Part shown: one piece after another, positions 21,227 through 31,678 of the stretch
Numbering within the stretch: position 1 is the first letter of the stretch
Layout: every line of letters begins with the position of its first letter
Assembly (NCBI GenBank): GCA_039815185.1
Contig: JBCBZT010000062.1
Location: 1-37,628 of the forward strand
Length of the DNA stretch: 37,628 nucleotides
DNA from: Cyanobacteria bacterium P01_A01_bin.123
Lineage (GTDB): Bacteria; Cyanobacteriota; Cyanobacteriia; Phormidesmidales; Phormidesmidaceae
Direction: 5' to 3'
Program-made: the position numbers and the translations under genes
Notes under the pieces: model-generated
Told to the model about the DNA's origin: nothing
The model's database searches: none
The model's input: the letters and a program-made list of their open reading frames with translations, nothing else

Positions 21227-22756
21227 ATGATTGCACTCTTCGAAAATCCTCTGCGCGTTGGCCTCCAACAAGATCGCATTCCTGATCCCCAGATTTTGAC
21301 TATTTTTGGTGCCTCTGGAGATTTGACCCAGCGTAAGCTGGTTCCTGCCCTATATCAAATGCGCCGAGAGCGCCGTCTGCCCCCAGAATTGACCATTGTT
21401 GGTGTCGCCCGTCGGGATTGGAGTCACGACTATTTTCGTGACCACATGCGCGAAGGAGTAGAAGATTACGGTAACGGCATCGGCCATGAAGAGATGTGGA
21501 ACGACTTTGCTAAAGGGTTGTTCTATTGTCCGGGTGATATTGACAAGCCTGAAAGCTACCAGAAACTCAAGGCATTTTTGTCTGAGCTAGATGAGCAGCG
21601 GGGAACGCTAGGCAACCGAGTCTTTTATCTATCCGTTGCCCCTCGTTTTTTTGGAGAAGCCGCGCAGCAACTGGGGCAGGCGGGGATGTTGAGTGATCCC
21701 AGCAAACATCGATTGGTGATTGAAAAACCGTTTGGCAAGGATCTTGCCACCGCCCAAACCCTCAACCGCGTTGTGCAAGACGTTTGCCAAGAAAACCAGA
21801 TCTATCGCATCGATCACTATTTGGGGAAAGAAACGGTACAAAACCTGATGGTGTTTCGCTTTGCCAACGCTATTTTTGAACCGTTGTGGAACCGTCAGTT
21901 CGTCGATCATGTGCAAATTACCGTTGCTGAGACCGTAGGCTTGGAGGGCCGGGCCGGTTACTACGAAACCTCAGGCGCACTAAGAGACATGGTGCAAAAT
22001 CACCTGATGCAGCTATTTAGCTTGACAGCCATGGAGCCGCCTAATTCCCTCGATGCAGACAGCATTCGCAATGAAAAAGTCAAGGTGGTACAGGCGACGC
22101 GTTTGGCCGATATTGAAAATTTAGAAACCTGCGCGACGCGAGGGCAATACTCTTCAGGGTGGATGAAGGGCAAGCAAGTCCCGGGTTATCGGGCTGAGGA
22201 AGGTGCGAGCGACACCTCAACAACACCAACCTATGCAGCCCTCAAGTTGGTGATTGACAACTGGCGTTGGAAGGGGGTGCCCTTTTATCTACGCACGGGA
22301 AAACGTATGCCCAAGAAGGTGAGCGAAATTTCGATTCACTTTAAAGAGGTGCCCTATCTGATGTTTCAATCGGCATCACGGCAGATGAATCACAATGTAT
22401 TAGCTTTGAGAATTCAGCCCGATGAGGGCATTGCCATGCGGTTTGAGGTTAAGACGCCGGGCAGTTCTTTGAGAACCCGTTCGGTCGAAATGGATTTCCG
22501 CTACGATGCGGCCTTTGGTCAAGCTAATACCGATGCCTATAGCCGACTTTTGGTGGACTGCATGCTCGGTGACCCGACCCTCTTTACCCGAGGGGATGAG
22601 GTCGAGGCATCTTGGCGAGTTTTAACGCCCTTGCTAGAAGTTTGGGATGCTCCCGCTCCCCCAGAGTCAATTCCCATGTATGAGGCCGGCACTTGGGAAC
22701 CTGTGGAAGCAGAACTTTTACTTAACCGTGATGGTCGCCGTTGGCGCAGACTTTAG
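21227..22756 (+). CDS. zwf: Glucose-6-phosphate dehydrogenase
   Basis: [30 protein letters not shown]. Confidence 0.98.
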   Translation: MIALFENPLRVGLQQDRIPDPQILTIFGASGDLTQRKLVPALYQMRRERRLPPELTIVGVARRDWSHDYFRDHMREGVEDYGNGIGHEEMWNDFAKGLFYCPGDIDKPESYQKLKAFLSELDEQRGTLGNRVFYLSVAPRFFGEAAQQLGQAGMLSDPSKHRLVIEKPFGKDLATAQTLNRVVQDVCQENQIYRIDHYLGKETVQNLMVFRFANAIFEPLWNRQFVDHVQITVAETVGLEGRAGYYETSGALRDMVQNHLMQLFSLTAMEPPNSLDADSIRNEKVKVVQATRLADIENLETCATRGQYSSGWMKGKQVPGYRAEEGASDTSTTPTYAALKLVIDNWRWKGVPFYLRTGKRMPKKVSEISIHFKEVPYLMFQSASRQMNHNVLALRIQPDEGIAMRFEVKTPGSSLRTRSVEMDFRYDAAFGQANTDAYSRLLVDCMLGDPTLFTRGDEVEASWRVLTPLLEVWDAPAPPESIPMYEAGTWEPVEAELLLNRDGRRWRRL

Positions 22757-22929
22757 GCATCGCTTTGAGTCAGGTTCTGTGAGGTTATCCATCCATGGCT
22801 TTACAGACGTGTATTATCCCCACCTAGCCCAATCCAAGAGATTGGCTAGCATGTAGAAAACGCCCGTTTAATTCTGTTCTGATCCGCATTTAGGTTCTAT
22901 ACCCCAATCCTTAAATCTGCAAAAAGACT

Positions 22930-24261
22930 ATGACGACTACTCCCATCGTTGCCCTTCAGAGACCTAAGGACATTTCCTTAGATGAAATTGAAGCCGAACT
23001 CCGCAACATTTGGCATAGCCCGGATTCAGGTAAGTCTGCCCCCGTGGTCACCCGAGCATCGACCTTTAGCATGGTGGTCTATGAACCCGAAGAGTTCCAG
23101 CAACTCTTAGCGGCTTTGGGATTTTATCAAGGGCCGATTGATGGCATCCATGGCACCCAAACCCGAGATGCCGTGCGTCAGGCTCAAACCACCTACAAAC
23201 TGCGCATTACCGGGCGTGTTGGCCCCCATACCCTAGAACGACTGCGGGAGGAATACGGTAAGCTGCCTCCTGAGCAACAGCAAATTTCTAACCCTGACTT
23301 ACGGGGATTTACGCTGAATGAAGCGATCGCGGCCCAAAACCCCTGCCGGGTGATTACGCTATGCTCCACCCTGGGGGAAGAAGATACCGGTATCACAGCC
23401 CAGGTGTCTGCGTATTGCCCAGTCCAAAAGCGGAGTGGCAGCAATTTGATCTGCTGTGAATACATTACCCTACGTGGCACGAAATCAGCACTCAAACGCG
23501 TAGAAGATTTGGTCACCTCCCTGATGATTGCAGACCTACCGAAGTTTGTTTGGTGGAAAGCCACACCAAATCCTGAGCAAAGTCTCTTTCGAGCCCTTTC
23601 CAAAACCTGCAACTGTGTGATCGTTGATTCCAGCTATTTCAGTGACGCTGAAGCCGAACTGCTCAAAATGCAAACGTTGGTTGGGAAAGACAACTACATT
23701 GCAGACTTGAATTGGCATCGACTTGCCCCCTGGCAAGAATTGACTGCTGCTGCATTTGACCCCCCTGAGCGACGTGAAGCATTGGTAGATGTCGACCGCT
23801 TTAGCATCGACTACGAGAAAGGAAATGCGGCCCAAGCCTTGATGTATCTCGGTTGGCTGGCAAGCCGTCTCAGCTGGCAGCCGACTTCATACGTAGAAGA
23901 AGGGGGCGATTACGACATTCGCAAGGTCTATTTCAAGACCCCCCAAGGGCGGGATGTTGAAGCTGAACTAGCGGCGGTGCCCGTGGCTGATTGGGGTGAA
24001 GTCATTGGTGATTTAACTGGGCTTAGGCTCTCATCGACTAATATCCAGGCTGATTGCTGCACCGTGCTGTGTTCTGAAACCACTGGCTGCATGAGAATGG
24101 AAGCTGGGGGTGGAGCCCAATCTTGCCGAATCGAGCAAGTAACGGCACTCTCTGACCAAAAAGCCGAATTCATGCTGAGTCGACAACTTCAACGCTGGGG
24201 TCAAGATGTCCTTTATGAGGAGAGTTTAGACCTGACAACCCAGCTGTTGAAATTGAAATAG
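22930..24261 (+). CDS. opcA: G6PDH assembly/allosteric effector OpcA with a PG-binding-like insert
   Basis: Immediately follows zwf; PKDISLDEIEAEL, LPKFVWW, DLNWHRLAPWQ; LGFYQGPIDGIHGTQT is a PG_binding_1-like segment. Confidence 0.94.
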   Translation: MTTTPIVALQRPKDISLDEIEAELRNIWHSPDSGKSAPVVTRASTFSMVVYEPEEFQQLLAALGFYQGPIDGIHGTQTRDAVRQAQTTYKLRITGRVGPHTLERLREEYGKLPPEQQQISNPDLRGFTLNEAIAAQNPCRVITLCSTLGEEDTGITAQVSAYCPVQKRSGSNLICCEYITLRGTKSALKRVEDLVTSLMIADLPKFVWWKATPNPEQSLFRALSKTCNCVIVDSSYFSDAEAELLKMQTLVGKDNYIADLNWHRLAPWQELTAAAFDPPERREALVDVDRFSIDYEKGNAAQALMYLGWLASRLSWQPTSYVEEGGDYDIRKVYFKTPQGRDVEAELAAVPVADWGEVIGDLTGLRLSSTNIQADCCTVLCSETTGCMRMEAGGGAQSCRIEQVTALSDQKAEFMLSRQLQRWGQDVLYEESLDLTTQLLKLK

Positions 24262-24267
24262 TCAATC

Positions 24268-24346
24268 GCTAGATTAAAGCTCGTCCACATCTAGATCCCT
24301 AAAACTAGATCCCTAAAGCTCTAGAACTAAAAGCTCCGGAGCTTTT
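24268..24346. repeat. Short degenerate direct repeats plus a palindrome after opcA
   Basis: CTAGATCCCTAAA at 24291 and 24305; recurring CTAGA...AAAGCTC; perfect palindrome AAAAGCTCCGGAGCTTTT (24329-24346). Confidence 0.6.
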
Positions 24347-24471
24347 TCATAAGCTAGACGCTTAAGTTTGCACATCGGATGTGGTTTATCCGTTAATAGG
24401 GACGGGAAGCCTGTCCCTGTTAGGATGACAGCGGATTCATATGACAACACGGTGACTATTGAAACTTTCTC

Positions 24472-24870
24472 ATGAATGTTCAAGCTTCAGCTCAGTCTTC
24501 TGCCGATGTGCTGAATGACGAGCGCAATTTGATGTCGATTGAAACGGTTCAAAAATTGCTTAATCGATCGCGGGCTTCGGTTTATCGCTATGCTAATACT
24601 GACGTTGAGCTGATCAATCCGCCCTTTGACAGTAAACGCCTTAATCCTGAAATTCGCATCAACCGAGATGACCCGCTGCGATTTCACCCCAATGAGGTTG
24701 CCCGCTTCGCCCGGGATGTATTGGGGATTAAACAAATCACCATTGAAGTTCAACAATCCCCAGAGACCACCACTGACAAAACACTCAAGGAGATCCTGGC
24801 AGAGCTGAGATTGATTCGACAGATGCTCCAAAATCAGACTCCGTCTGGGTCTGATGGCCAAGTCAAATAG
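24472..24870 (+). CDS. Small Xis/AlpA-like HTH protein
   Basis: LMSIETVQKLLNRSRASVYRY winged-HTH pattern and LRFHPNEVARF wing; no serine-recombinase catalytic domain. Confidence 0.75.
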   Translation: MNVQASAQSSADVLNDERNLMSIETVQKLLNRSRASVYRYANTDVELINPPFDSKRLNPEIRINRDDPLRFHPNEVARFARDVLGIKQITIEVQQSPETTTDKTLKEILAELRLIRQMLQNQTPSGSDGQVK

Positions 24871-25081
24871 GGAATACTCGATGGGAGTGCCGATCGCCTG
24901 TAAAGAATGCTAACTTTTAGAGAGTGAGTTGTTGGAGGGGCCTTGTTTGGTGTGGCGCTTGACTGTTTTTGGTTGATAAATTCTTAAGATAGGGATGTAG
25001 GGCTATAAGCCCCCCATCTTGCCCAAGCTAAGCTCTGTCCTGAATTGCCTGTTTAACTCAAAATTTGTCCATACCTCATTT

Positions 25082-25267
25082 ATGGAATCTGCAAGCCAGT
25101 CTGATAACCCTCCGGAATGCCCCCATAGTCGACTCGCTGTATTTATGGGTGTTGTTATTGCTCTCGCTACGCTGGTTTTGCCAGTTTTTGCAATTGCGCA
25201 CTTCTCATCCGCAAGGGTGATTCCCCCTGAATCGTCCCAACCCCAACTTTTCCGACCCAGAGAGTAG
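25082..25267 (+). CDS. Small single-TM hypothetical protein (61 aa)
   Basis: ATG 25082; one hydrophobic segment LAVFMGVVIALATLVLPVFAIAHFS. Confidence 0.65.
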   Translation: MESASQSDNPPECPHSRLAVFMGVVIALATLVLPVFAIAHFSSARVIPPESSQPQLFRPRE

Positions 25268-25504
25268 AGACACCAGACACTCGCGAATCACTTAGCAACT
25301 GCTATTCATCCCTAATGTTTGGGCAAGCCTGGTATAGATCAAAGTCAGGCATTTTTAGAGTTTTAGTGAATTGGTCTATCAAGATAAGGTCAAGATAGGG
25401 TATTGCTACCTAATTCGCTTAAAATCTGATTTGGGATGGGTGAGTTGAGCTGATTCAAAGCTCAAGGACACTCTACCCTATGAAAACTGTCTTGGAGAAT
25501 CGCA

Positions 25505-26020
25505 GTGGAGTTATCTCGAATTCCCGCTCAACCTAAACCAGGGTTGATCAACGTTTTGGTAGAAATCCCTGCTGGGAGCAAGAATAAGTACGAATTCGAT
25601 AAAGACATGGGGGCGCTTGCCCTCGATCGGGTTCTGTTTGCGTCAGTGCAGTATCCCTATGACTATGGCTTCATCCCCAATACTTTGGCGGATGATGGCG
25701 ACCCACTAGATGGCATGGTGATGATGGATCAACCCACCTTCCCCGGATGTGTCATTGCTGCACGGCCTATCGGCATGTTGGAGATGATTGACGGGGGCGA
25801 TCGCGACGAGAAGATCCTATGCGTACCTGATGCCGATCCCCGCTATGCTGATGTCAAATCCTTAAAGGATGTCGCGAGTCATCGCTTGGATGAAATTGCC
25901 GAGTTCTTCAAAACTTACAAGAACTTAGAAAAAAAAGTGACCGAAATTCTGGGCTGGAAGGATGTTGATCAGGTAGCGCCTTTAGTCGAACAATGCATTA
26001 AAGCCTATCCATCTACCTGA
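25505..26020 (+). CDS. ppa: Inorganic pyrophosphatase
   Basis: [44 protein letters not shown] and GTG start. Confidence 0.98.
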   Translation: MELSRIPAQPKPGLINVLVEIPAGSKNKYEFDKDMGALALDRVLFASVQYPYDYGFIPNTLADDGDPLDGMVMMDQPTFPGCVIAARPIGMLEMIDGGDRDEKILCVPDADPRYADVKSLKDVASHRLDEIAEFFKTYKNLEKKVTEILGWKDVDQVAPLVEQCIKAYPST

Positions 26021-26041
26021 CCATCAAACTGGGATCCCCAG

Positions 26042-26137
26042 AGTGAAATGGGTATCTTGCTGACAACAGTTTCGCTTGCTGATTGTCTCTGATCGGGAGA
26101 TAGCAGGTATGCTTAAGTCAGGGGTACCCATTTTACT
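26042..26137 (+). other. Long G-U-rich stem-loop downstream of ppa
   Basis: AGTGAAATGGGTATCTT pairs fully with GGGGTACCCATTTTACT when G-U is allowed; inner stems TGAC/GTCA, GCTTGC/GCAGGT and TGTCTCT/GGAGATA. Confidence 0.65.
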
Positions 26138-26364
26138 GATGCCAAACACTTAATCAGGTATATTTTATTCAACTAAGCGTTCGTGAGTTCCTTGAGTTTC
26201 AAGAAACCTAGTTATTGCCGATTCAGAACTTTTCCCGAAGCGTTTTGTTATGGATGGTATATGGATATAGCTTGTGGGTTATGACCATCCTTGTGATTTA
26301 ATCCATTCATTAGGCTTATTTAAACTCAGTTATATTGCTTTGCGCGCAATGATTTCTCGCCGAT

Positions 26365-27300
26365 ATGCCGGATTCTGATACCCCATCGATTCACCAACCC
26401 GTTGATGGACAGGGCGACTCTACCATCCCTGCCTCTACCACAACGATCACAGCTACCCATCCTGCTTCTAGCTTTACCGTGCAATTTTGGGGCGTTCGGG
26501 GCAGCATTCCGACTCCGGGAGCCGACACCGTACGCTACGGCGGCAATACCGCCTGTGTTGAAATTTTAGTCGGGGATCAGCGCTTAATTTTTGACGGTGG
26601 CACAGGATTACGGGTGTTGGGCAAGCATCTGCTTAATCACCATCAAACCATTTCGGCTCACCTCTTTTTCACCCATACCCATTGGGATCGAATTCAGGGG
26701 TTTCCGTTTTTTAACCCAGCCTTTGTTGCCGGTAACTGTTTTGAGATCTATGGCGCGACGGCTCCCAATGGCGCGTCCATTAAGCAATGCTTAACTGATC
26801 AAATGCTACGCCCCAATTTCCCGACGCCCCTGCAAGAAATGCGGTCTCAGATGCAGTTTCACAATCTGGCTGCGGGGAGCGTGATCCCCATTGAAGACGT
26901 GTTAGTTGAAACAATTTCACTGAATCGATTTACCAGTGCATTGGGGTTCCGGGTCACGTGGCAGGGCTATTCCCTGGTCTATGCTACAGATACTGACCAT
27001 TCCATTGAAGGCGGCAATCAAAACCTGATCTATCTCGCCCAACAGGCTGATCTGCTGATCTACGATGGCAGCTATGCTGATCGGATTTATCCTGACATTA
27101 AGCCCCAAGCAGAACTTGATAGTCCATCCTGGTACGCGGGGGTAGAAATGGCTAAGGATGCAGGGGTTCGTGAACTGATTATGTTCCATCACCATCCAGC
27201 TCACGATGACGATGCCCTTGATCGGCTTGAGATGGAGATGCGATCACACTTTCCCCGCGCTAGATTAGCCCGGGAGGGTATGATTCTGCAAATTGCTTAA
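26365..27300 (+). CDS. MBL-fold metallohydrolase (RNase Z/phosphodiesterase-like)
   Basis: FWGVRGSIPTPG, YGGNTACV, DGGTG, THTHWDRIQG, YATDT, FHHHPAHDD. Confidence 0.9.
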   Translation: MPDSDTPSIHQPVDGQGDSTIPASTTTITATHPASSFTVQFWGVRGSIPTPGADTVRYGGNTACVEILVGDQRLIFDGGTGLRVLGKHLLNHHQTISAHLFFTHTHWDRIQGFPFFNPAFVAGNCFEIYGATAPNGASIKQCLTDQMLRPNFPTPLQEMRSQMQFHNLAAGSVIPIEDVLVETISLNRFTSALGFRVTWQGYSLVYATDTDHSIEGGNQNLIYLAQQADLLIYDGSYADRIYPDIKPQAELDSPSWYAGVEMAKDAGVRELIMFHHHPAHDDDALDRLEMEMRSHFPRARLAREGMILQIA

Positions 27301-29150
27301 AAACTCTCTGCTAAACAAACGCGATTACGACCAGATTGCTTAGCTTTATAGAGCGCCTGATCAACAGCCAACACGAGCGATTCTGAGGCGTGATTGAGAC
27401 GGGGAATAATGCTCGCAGCGCCCAAACTCACGGTCAATCGCTCACCAACCTGGCTCGAACGATGAGGAATGTTGAGATCAAAAATCACTTGCCGAATTTG
27501 CTCAGCCACTTGTAGTGTGCCGAGCTCATCTGTGTTTGGCAAGATAATGGCAAATTCCTCTCCCCCATAGCGAGCGACTAAGTCACTCGCCCGCCACCCG
27601 GATTGGGCCAATGCTTCTGCAACTTGCTGCAAACAGTCGTCACCCACTAAATGGCCATAGGTATCGTTGAAGCCTTTAAAATAGTCGATGTCGCAAAAAA
27701 TTAACCCCAGGGGAGACTGCTCTCGGGCTAACCTTGCCCACTCATAGGCAAGCTGTTCATCAAAACAGCGCCGATTGGCAATCTGAGTTAATCCGTCAAC
27801 CATTACCAAACGCTTTAGTTCTTGATTGGCTTGCTGGAGTTTCTCATAGATGAGACTTTGTTGAATCGCGATCGCCAAATGTCCACCCAATTCTTCCAGT
27901 AGATCAACTTCCCACTCAGGCCAAAGTCTATGGGTCGCGCAACAGTGGGCTGATAAAAATCCCCACGGCACTTGATTCACCACAATCGGTACCACTAGGT
28001 TGGTTTGGATAGTGAATTGCTGCAGTTGGCGTTTATCGTCAACCGTTTGGGGCTGGTCATGGACAACCCGAGCTACCGTTAAGGGGGATTGCGGGGTTTG
28101 GCCATTAGTCCAGACCGCGGTCATCTCTTGATCTAGGGTGTACCCCATCATGGCTAAATAAGGGGTGACGACTGATTCACTGATCACTGTGCTGTGGCCA
28201 TTAACTTCAAACTGAGCGAGAATCACCCGATCCACATTCAAGAGCTGACGAACTTCTGCAGTCGCGATCGCCAAAATATCGCTGAGTTCTAAAGACTGAC
28301 GAATGCGTTGGGAAATATTGTTGAGTAACCTTTCCCGTTTTGCTTTGAGTTTCAGGGCAGTTTCAGCTCGTTTGCGTTCGTCTTCCAGGCGTTTTCGCTC
28401 GCTAATGTCTTCAACAATTGCCACAGAGAATTTTGGAACGCCCTGTTGATCGCAAACCGCACTCACGTGCAAACTGGCCCAAATGATTGTTCCATCTCTG
28501 TGGATAAAGCGTTTATCCATGGCATAGTAGGGAATCTCCCTGGCAAAGAGCTGACGAATACAGGCCAAATTTTCCGCCCAATCCTCAGCATGGGTTACAC
28601 TTTGCACCCTTAGCTGCAACAATTCTGCTTCGGTATATCCCAACATTTTGCAAAAGGCAGGATTCACTTGCAAAAATTGCCCACTCACATCAATGTGATT
28701 AATCCCAACCTTGACTTGTTCAAATAAAGCCCGAAGTCGGGCATCACTTTCTAAAAGGCTTTCCTCTGCTTGCTTTTGGTCGGTAATATCTTCTTCAATG
28801 GCTAGGAAAAATGCCTTTTCATCCGCACAAGCGTGAACCAAAACTATTGTGGATTTAACCCAAATCAGGGTGCCATCTTTGCAGCGATCGCGGCGCTGCA
28901 AATCAAAACGATCCATCTGTCCCTGGATCAAGGCCTGAAATCCCCGCTTCATCTGGGCCAGATCTAGGGGATGAACAATACTTTGACAGGATAGAGCACA
29001 CAAGTCTTCTACCCCGTACCCCAACATGGCACATCGTTGAGGATTCACTCGCAAAAATTGCCCTGCCAAGTCTATGCAGCTAACACCAACAGGCAATCTA
29101 TCAAAGATTGTCTTAAACAAAACCGCATTGTCTCTTAGCAGTGCCAACAA
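27297..29150 (-). CDS. PAS-PAS-GAF-GGDEF diguanylate cyclase
   Basis: Two PAS/PAC repeats (EDITDQKQAE, EDISERKRLE), a GAF domain, DGLTQIANRR, RASD I-site, ARYGGEEF; AAGGAG before the TTG start. Confidence 0.94.
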   Translation of the reverse strand: MLALLRDNAVLFKTIFDRLPVGVSCIDLAGQFLRVNPQRCAMLGYGVEDLCALSCQSIVHPLDLAQMKRGFQALIQGQMDRFDLQRRDRCKDGTLIWVKSTIVLVHACADEKAFFLAIEEDITDQKQAEESLLESDARLRALFEQVKVGINHIDVSGQFLQVNPAFCKMLGYTEAELLQLRVQSVTHAEDWAENLACIRQLFAREIPYYAMDKRFIHRDGTIIWASLHVSAVCDQQGVPKFSVAIVEDISERKRLEDERKRAETALKLKAKRERLLNNISQRIRQSLELSDILAIATAEVRQLLNVDRVILAQFEVNGHSTVISESVVTPYLAMMGYTLDQEMTAVWTNGQTPQSPLTVARVVHDQPQTVDDKRQLQQFTIQTNLVVPIVVNQVPWGFLSAHCCATHRLWPEWEVDLLEELGGHLAIAIQQSLIYEKLQQANQELKRLVMVDGLTQIANRRCFDEQLAYEWARLAREQSPLGLIFCDIDYFKGFNDTYGHLVGDDCLQQVAEALAQSGWRASDLVARYGGEEFAIILPNTDELGTLQVAEQIRQVIFDLNIPHRSSQVGERLTVSLGAASIIPRLNHASESLVLAVDQALYKAKQSGRNRVCLAESF

Positions 29151-29630
29151 TCGAGCGTGCTCCTTCTAAATCCTACCCAGCCCCTGAGCATAACTTTAGC
29201 CCACCCTACATTGGGACTAGTACAAAATTAATTCTTCAAAGACAGTCTAGTCATGCCGCTTAAACCCATAAATCAGACACGGCTAAATTACGGATTTGGG
29301 GAGGATCCAAACATCATCGCACTCTCTTTGGATCTGGCAGGATTGGAGCTGACTGGACAAGGGCGTAACCTTAGGATTACCTGAACCTTGCGAAAACTAA
29401 CAAAGTCTCCCAACTAAATCACATTCGAGCAGCATGCCGACCTGAAGTAGCCAAAGTCTCTGGAACCAGAGACCCTACCAGCGGTTCTAATTAACTGGGC
29501 CCCATAGCCGGAGAAAAAATAAGCACACTGTTAAGCTGGGAATAAGTTTTACACGCTAGTCGCAATGAATCGCAGTCAGAATGTATCTCAACGGGTAAGG
29601 CAAATTCAACTATTACAAGGAAAATCCCCT

Positions 29631-30041
29631 ATGACTTTGACTCAATCCCTGACGGCTCTTGCCTCTGGCGTAATGGTAGCCACGGCGATGATTTCTCCAG
29701 CACTGGCCCAAGACCCATCGGTTGATGAGGAGTATTTAGCTTCACTCTATGAAATTATGGGGAGTATTGAGGCAGAGTATGATCCGCTGTGGATGGCGAC
29801 AGAATTTCTGTCTCCAGAGGAGAATGTAGAGTATGCTCAATTGATTTGTCAGGGATTTGAAGACGGCATGACCCCCGATGATATTTTGAATAGCGCCATT
29901 GGGGGGTTGATTGACAACCCCGACTTACCCCGGGAACGGTTAGAAGATGCGGCCTACTATGCGGGGGCATCGATTCCGATTGGCACCTACTACTACTGCC
30001 CAGATTACTTTTCTGTCGTAGAAGACTGGTTGAATCAGTAG
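29631..30041 (+). CDS. Secreted DUF732-like protein
   Basis: Signal peptide ending PALA-Q; DEEYLASL...AQLICQGF...YYCPDY two-Cys pattern. Confidence 0.65.
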   Translation: MTLTQSLTALASGVMVATAMISPALAQDPSVDEEYLASLYEIMGSIEAEYDPLWMATEFLSPEENVEYAQLICQGFEDGMTPDDILNSAIGGLIDNPDLPRERLEDAAYYAGASIPIGTYYYCPDYFSVVEDWLNQ

Positions 30042-30043
30042 GG

Positions 30044-31084
30044 TTAAAGTTGGAGATTGGGCCAGTCTGCGATCGCATCAGTTGACTTCACCAGGTGCAT
30101 ACCCGCATTGGCGTAGCGCTGAAAGGCTGCATTGGCGGGGTCAGTAAAGTCCACCACACCCGGTACGACCACCGGGGAAGTGCAGTCTTCTAGTAGGTAA
30201 ACCTTTTGGGCCAAGCTTGGATCTTGAGCCTGAATCTCTAACAGAAGATCGTCAATGGTCCAAGCAACACAGTGACTTTTGGCCTGTCCGGCAATGATGA
30301 TGGCATCAAACTTCAGCAGTTTTTCGATGAAACAGGTGTTTTTTTGAGCAATGGGGTGGCCATCAGCGTCATCAAGCACTTCTGGACTTAAAACGGAATA
30401 GTTTTCCGTTAATGGGTTACCCCCTTTGATTTCAAAGCGGGTTTGACTGTTGCGAGCCATATTGTGAAAGAAGCAGGCTTCTTCAACTGCTGACACTAGG
30501 GCATGGCCAATCCCCCCTAGCATTGAGTGGTAAGGCCAAATGGTCAGCGGATACTTATCGCGATCGCGGAGCTGCCGAGTGTAGTGCAGGGCGTAGGATT
30601 GCAGCACCTCATAATTACCATTGTCAATGCTATAGACAATATCAGGGTTGACCTGCCAAATCCCCTGCTGCACATCATCGTAGGTAATCATCGTCATTGG
30701 AGTCGGATTTGCACCCGCGTCATTCACCCAAAAGGCCGGGTGAAAAATTTGCATTGTAGTGTGGGTATCTAGGGTGGGGGCGATTTCGGTAATTAGCCCC
30801 AGGTTGCGATAGATAAACTCACACAGACGTTGATTGTCTTCCACTGCACCCATACCCGAGCGTCCCCCCACGAACAGCTCATGGTCTGGAATGCAGAACG
30901 TATTTTGCACATCGATAGCCATTAGGCAAATGCGCGTTTTGTCTTTGGCTGCTGGGGAAATTTGGTGTTGTTTAGCCCAGCTCTTGGCCTGCTCTGCCCG
31001 GTCTTGATAGGGCACACGCCAGATTTCCCCAACGCGATTGGCTTTGAAGAAAGGCGGGATGGGAAATTGGGTTAGGGTCGTCAT
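30044..31084 (-). CDS. Isochorismatase-superfamily cysteine hydrolase, probably nicotinamidase (PncA-like)
   Basis: IDVQNTFC, TLDTH, IWPYH, KG...TENYS, AGQAKSHCV; ATG 31084; NrtR-like box upstream. Confidence 0.85.
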   Translation of the reverse strand: MTTLTQFPIPPFFKANRVGEIWRVPYQDRAEQAKSWAKQHQISPAAKDKTRICLMAIDVQNTFCIPDHELFVGGRSGMGAVEDNQRLCEFIYRNLGLITEIAPTLDTHTTMQIFHPAFWVNDAGANPTPMTMITYDDVQQGIWQVNPDIVYSIDNGNYEVLQSYALHYTRQLRDRDKYPLTIWPYHSMLGGIGHALVSAVEEACFFHNMARNSQTRFEIKGGNPLTENYSVLSPEVLDDADGHPIAQKNTCFIEKLLKFDAIIIAGQAKSHCVAWTIDDLLLEIQAQDPSLAQKVYLLEDCTSPVVVPGVVDFTDPANAAFQRYANAGMHLVKSTDAIADWPNLQL

Positions 31085-31242
31085 GGGGTTGAAACTGTAA
31101 TCAGGAGGATTGGAATGGGTAGACCAACCAGGGCACAATTGCCCGCTTTGCACAACCGAAAAAGTTTAGAGAACGCTTTGAATCCAAGAAGCCGCTTGGC
31201 ATCAGCGAGAGGGAGCAAATTACTGTGCCACTTTTTAACATC

Positions 31243-31263
31243 TTAGTGTCAGAATAACACTTA
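31243..31263. promoter_or_regulatory. NrtR-like 21-bp operator
   Basis: TTAGTGT-CAGAATA-ACACTTA, a palindrome with a GT-N7-AC core, upstream of the nicotinamidase-like gene. Confidence 0.7.
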
Positions 31264-31678
31264 GAAACAATAATGACAAGTCCCCGATCGAGTTACCCTC
31301 TTGCCCATGAGTAGAATTGCAGGCAGCAGGAGCAGATTCATCGCCGGAAAGCTAGCCATCACGGCAGCCTTACCAAGGGTTCACAATTACTTCAGGGGGT
31401 TTTAACTTTAGCTTCCCGCAATGTTTGTTGTAATAGGGCGTAGTGCAAGCTGTTTATAGTCGAAAGGTCATTGTCTGGAGAGGCGCGGATTAGAATCTGA
31501 CTTGATCAATACCCAGGCGCAATCCTTGGAGCGTTCGCGCGCTCGTTGGGTGGGCATCCTAATTTTGAAATTGCTTTAATCCGGGTCAGGTGTTAGCAAG
31601 TTGGAGTACTATTCAGAGCTGCCTCACTTTCAAACAGATTGGGTTTATGGTCAACATTGACGGGCATAATTTATCTCT

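Noticed and set aside
20029..24261. Absence of tal from fbp-zwf-opcA
   Set aside because: Both arrangements are known in cyanobacteria, so this is not novel
24268..24346. Short repeats as a possible CRISPR array
   Set aside because: Units are ~13 bp, adjacent and degenerate with no unique spacers; no cas genes; no CRISPR array seen anywhere in the window
27850..28330. DGC GAF domain as a cyanobacteriochrome
   Set aside because: No DxCF/Asp motif or chromophore-binding CH motif seen
29304..29473. Two 8-bp inverted repeats in the DGC/DUF732 intergenic region
   Set aside because: Unrelated to each other, no U-tails and no recognisable motif; insufficient support
31497..31590. Possible RNA fold upstream of exoD
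   Set aside because: Only short stems (e.g. GAGCG/CGCTC); not distinguishable from chance by eye
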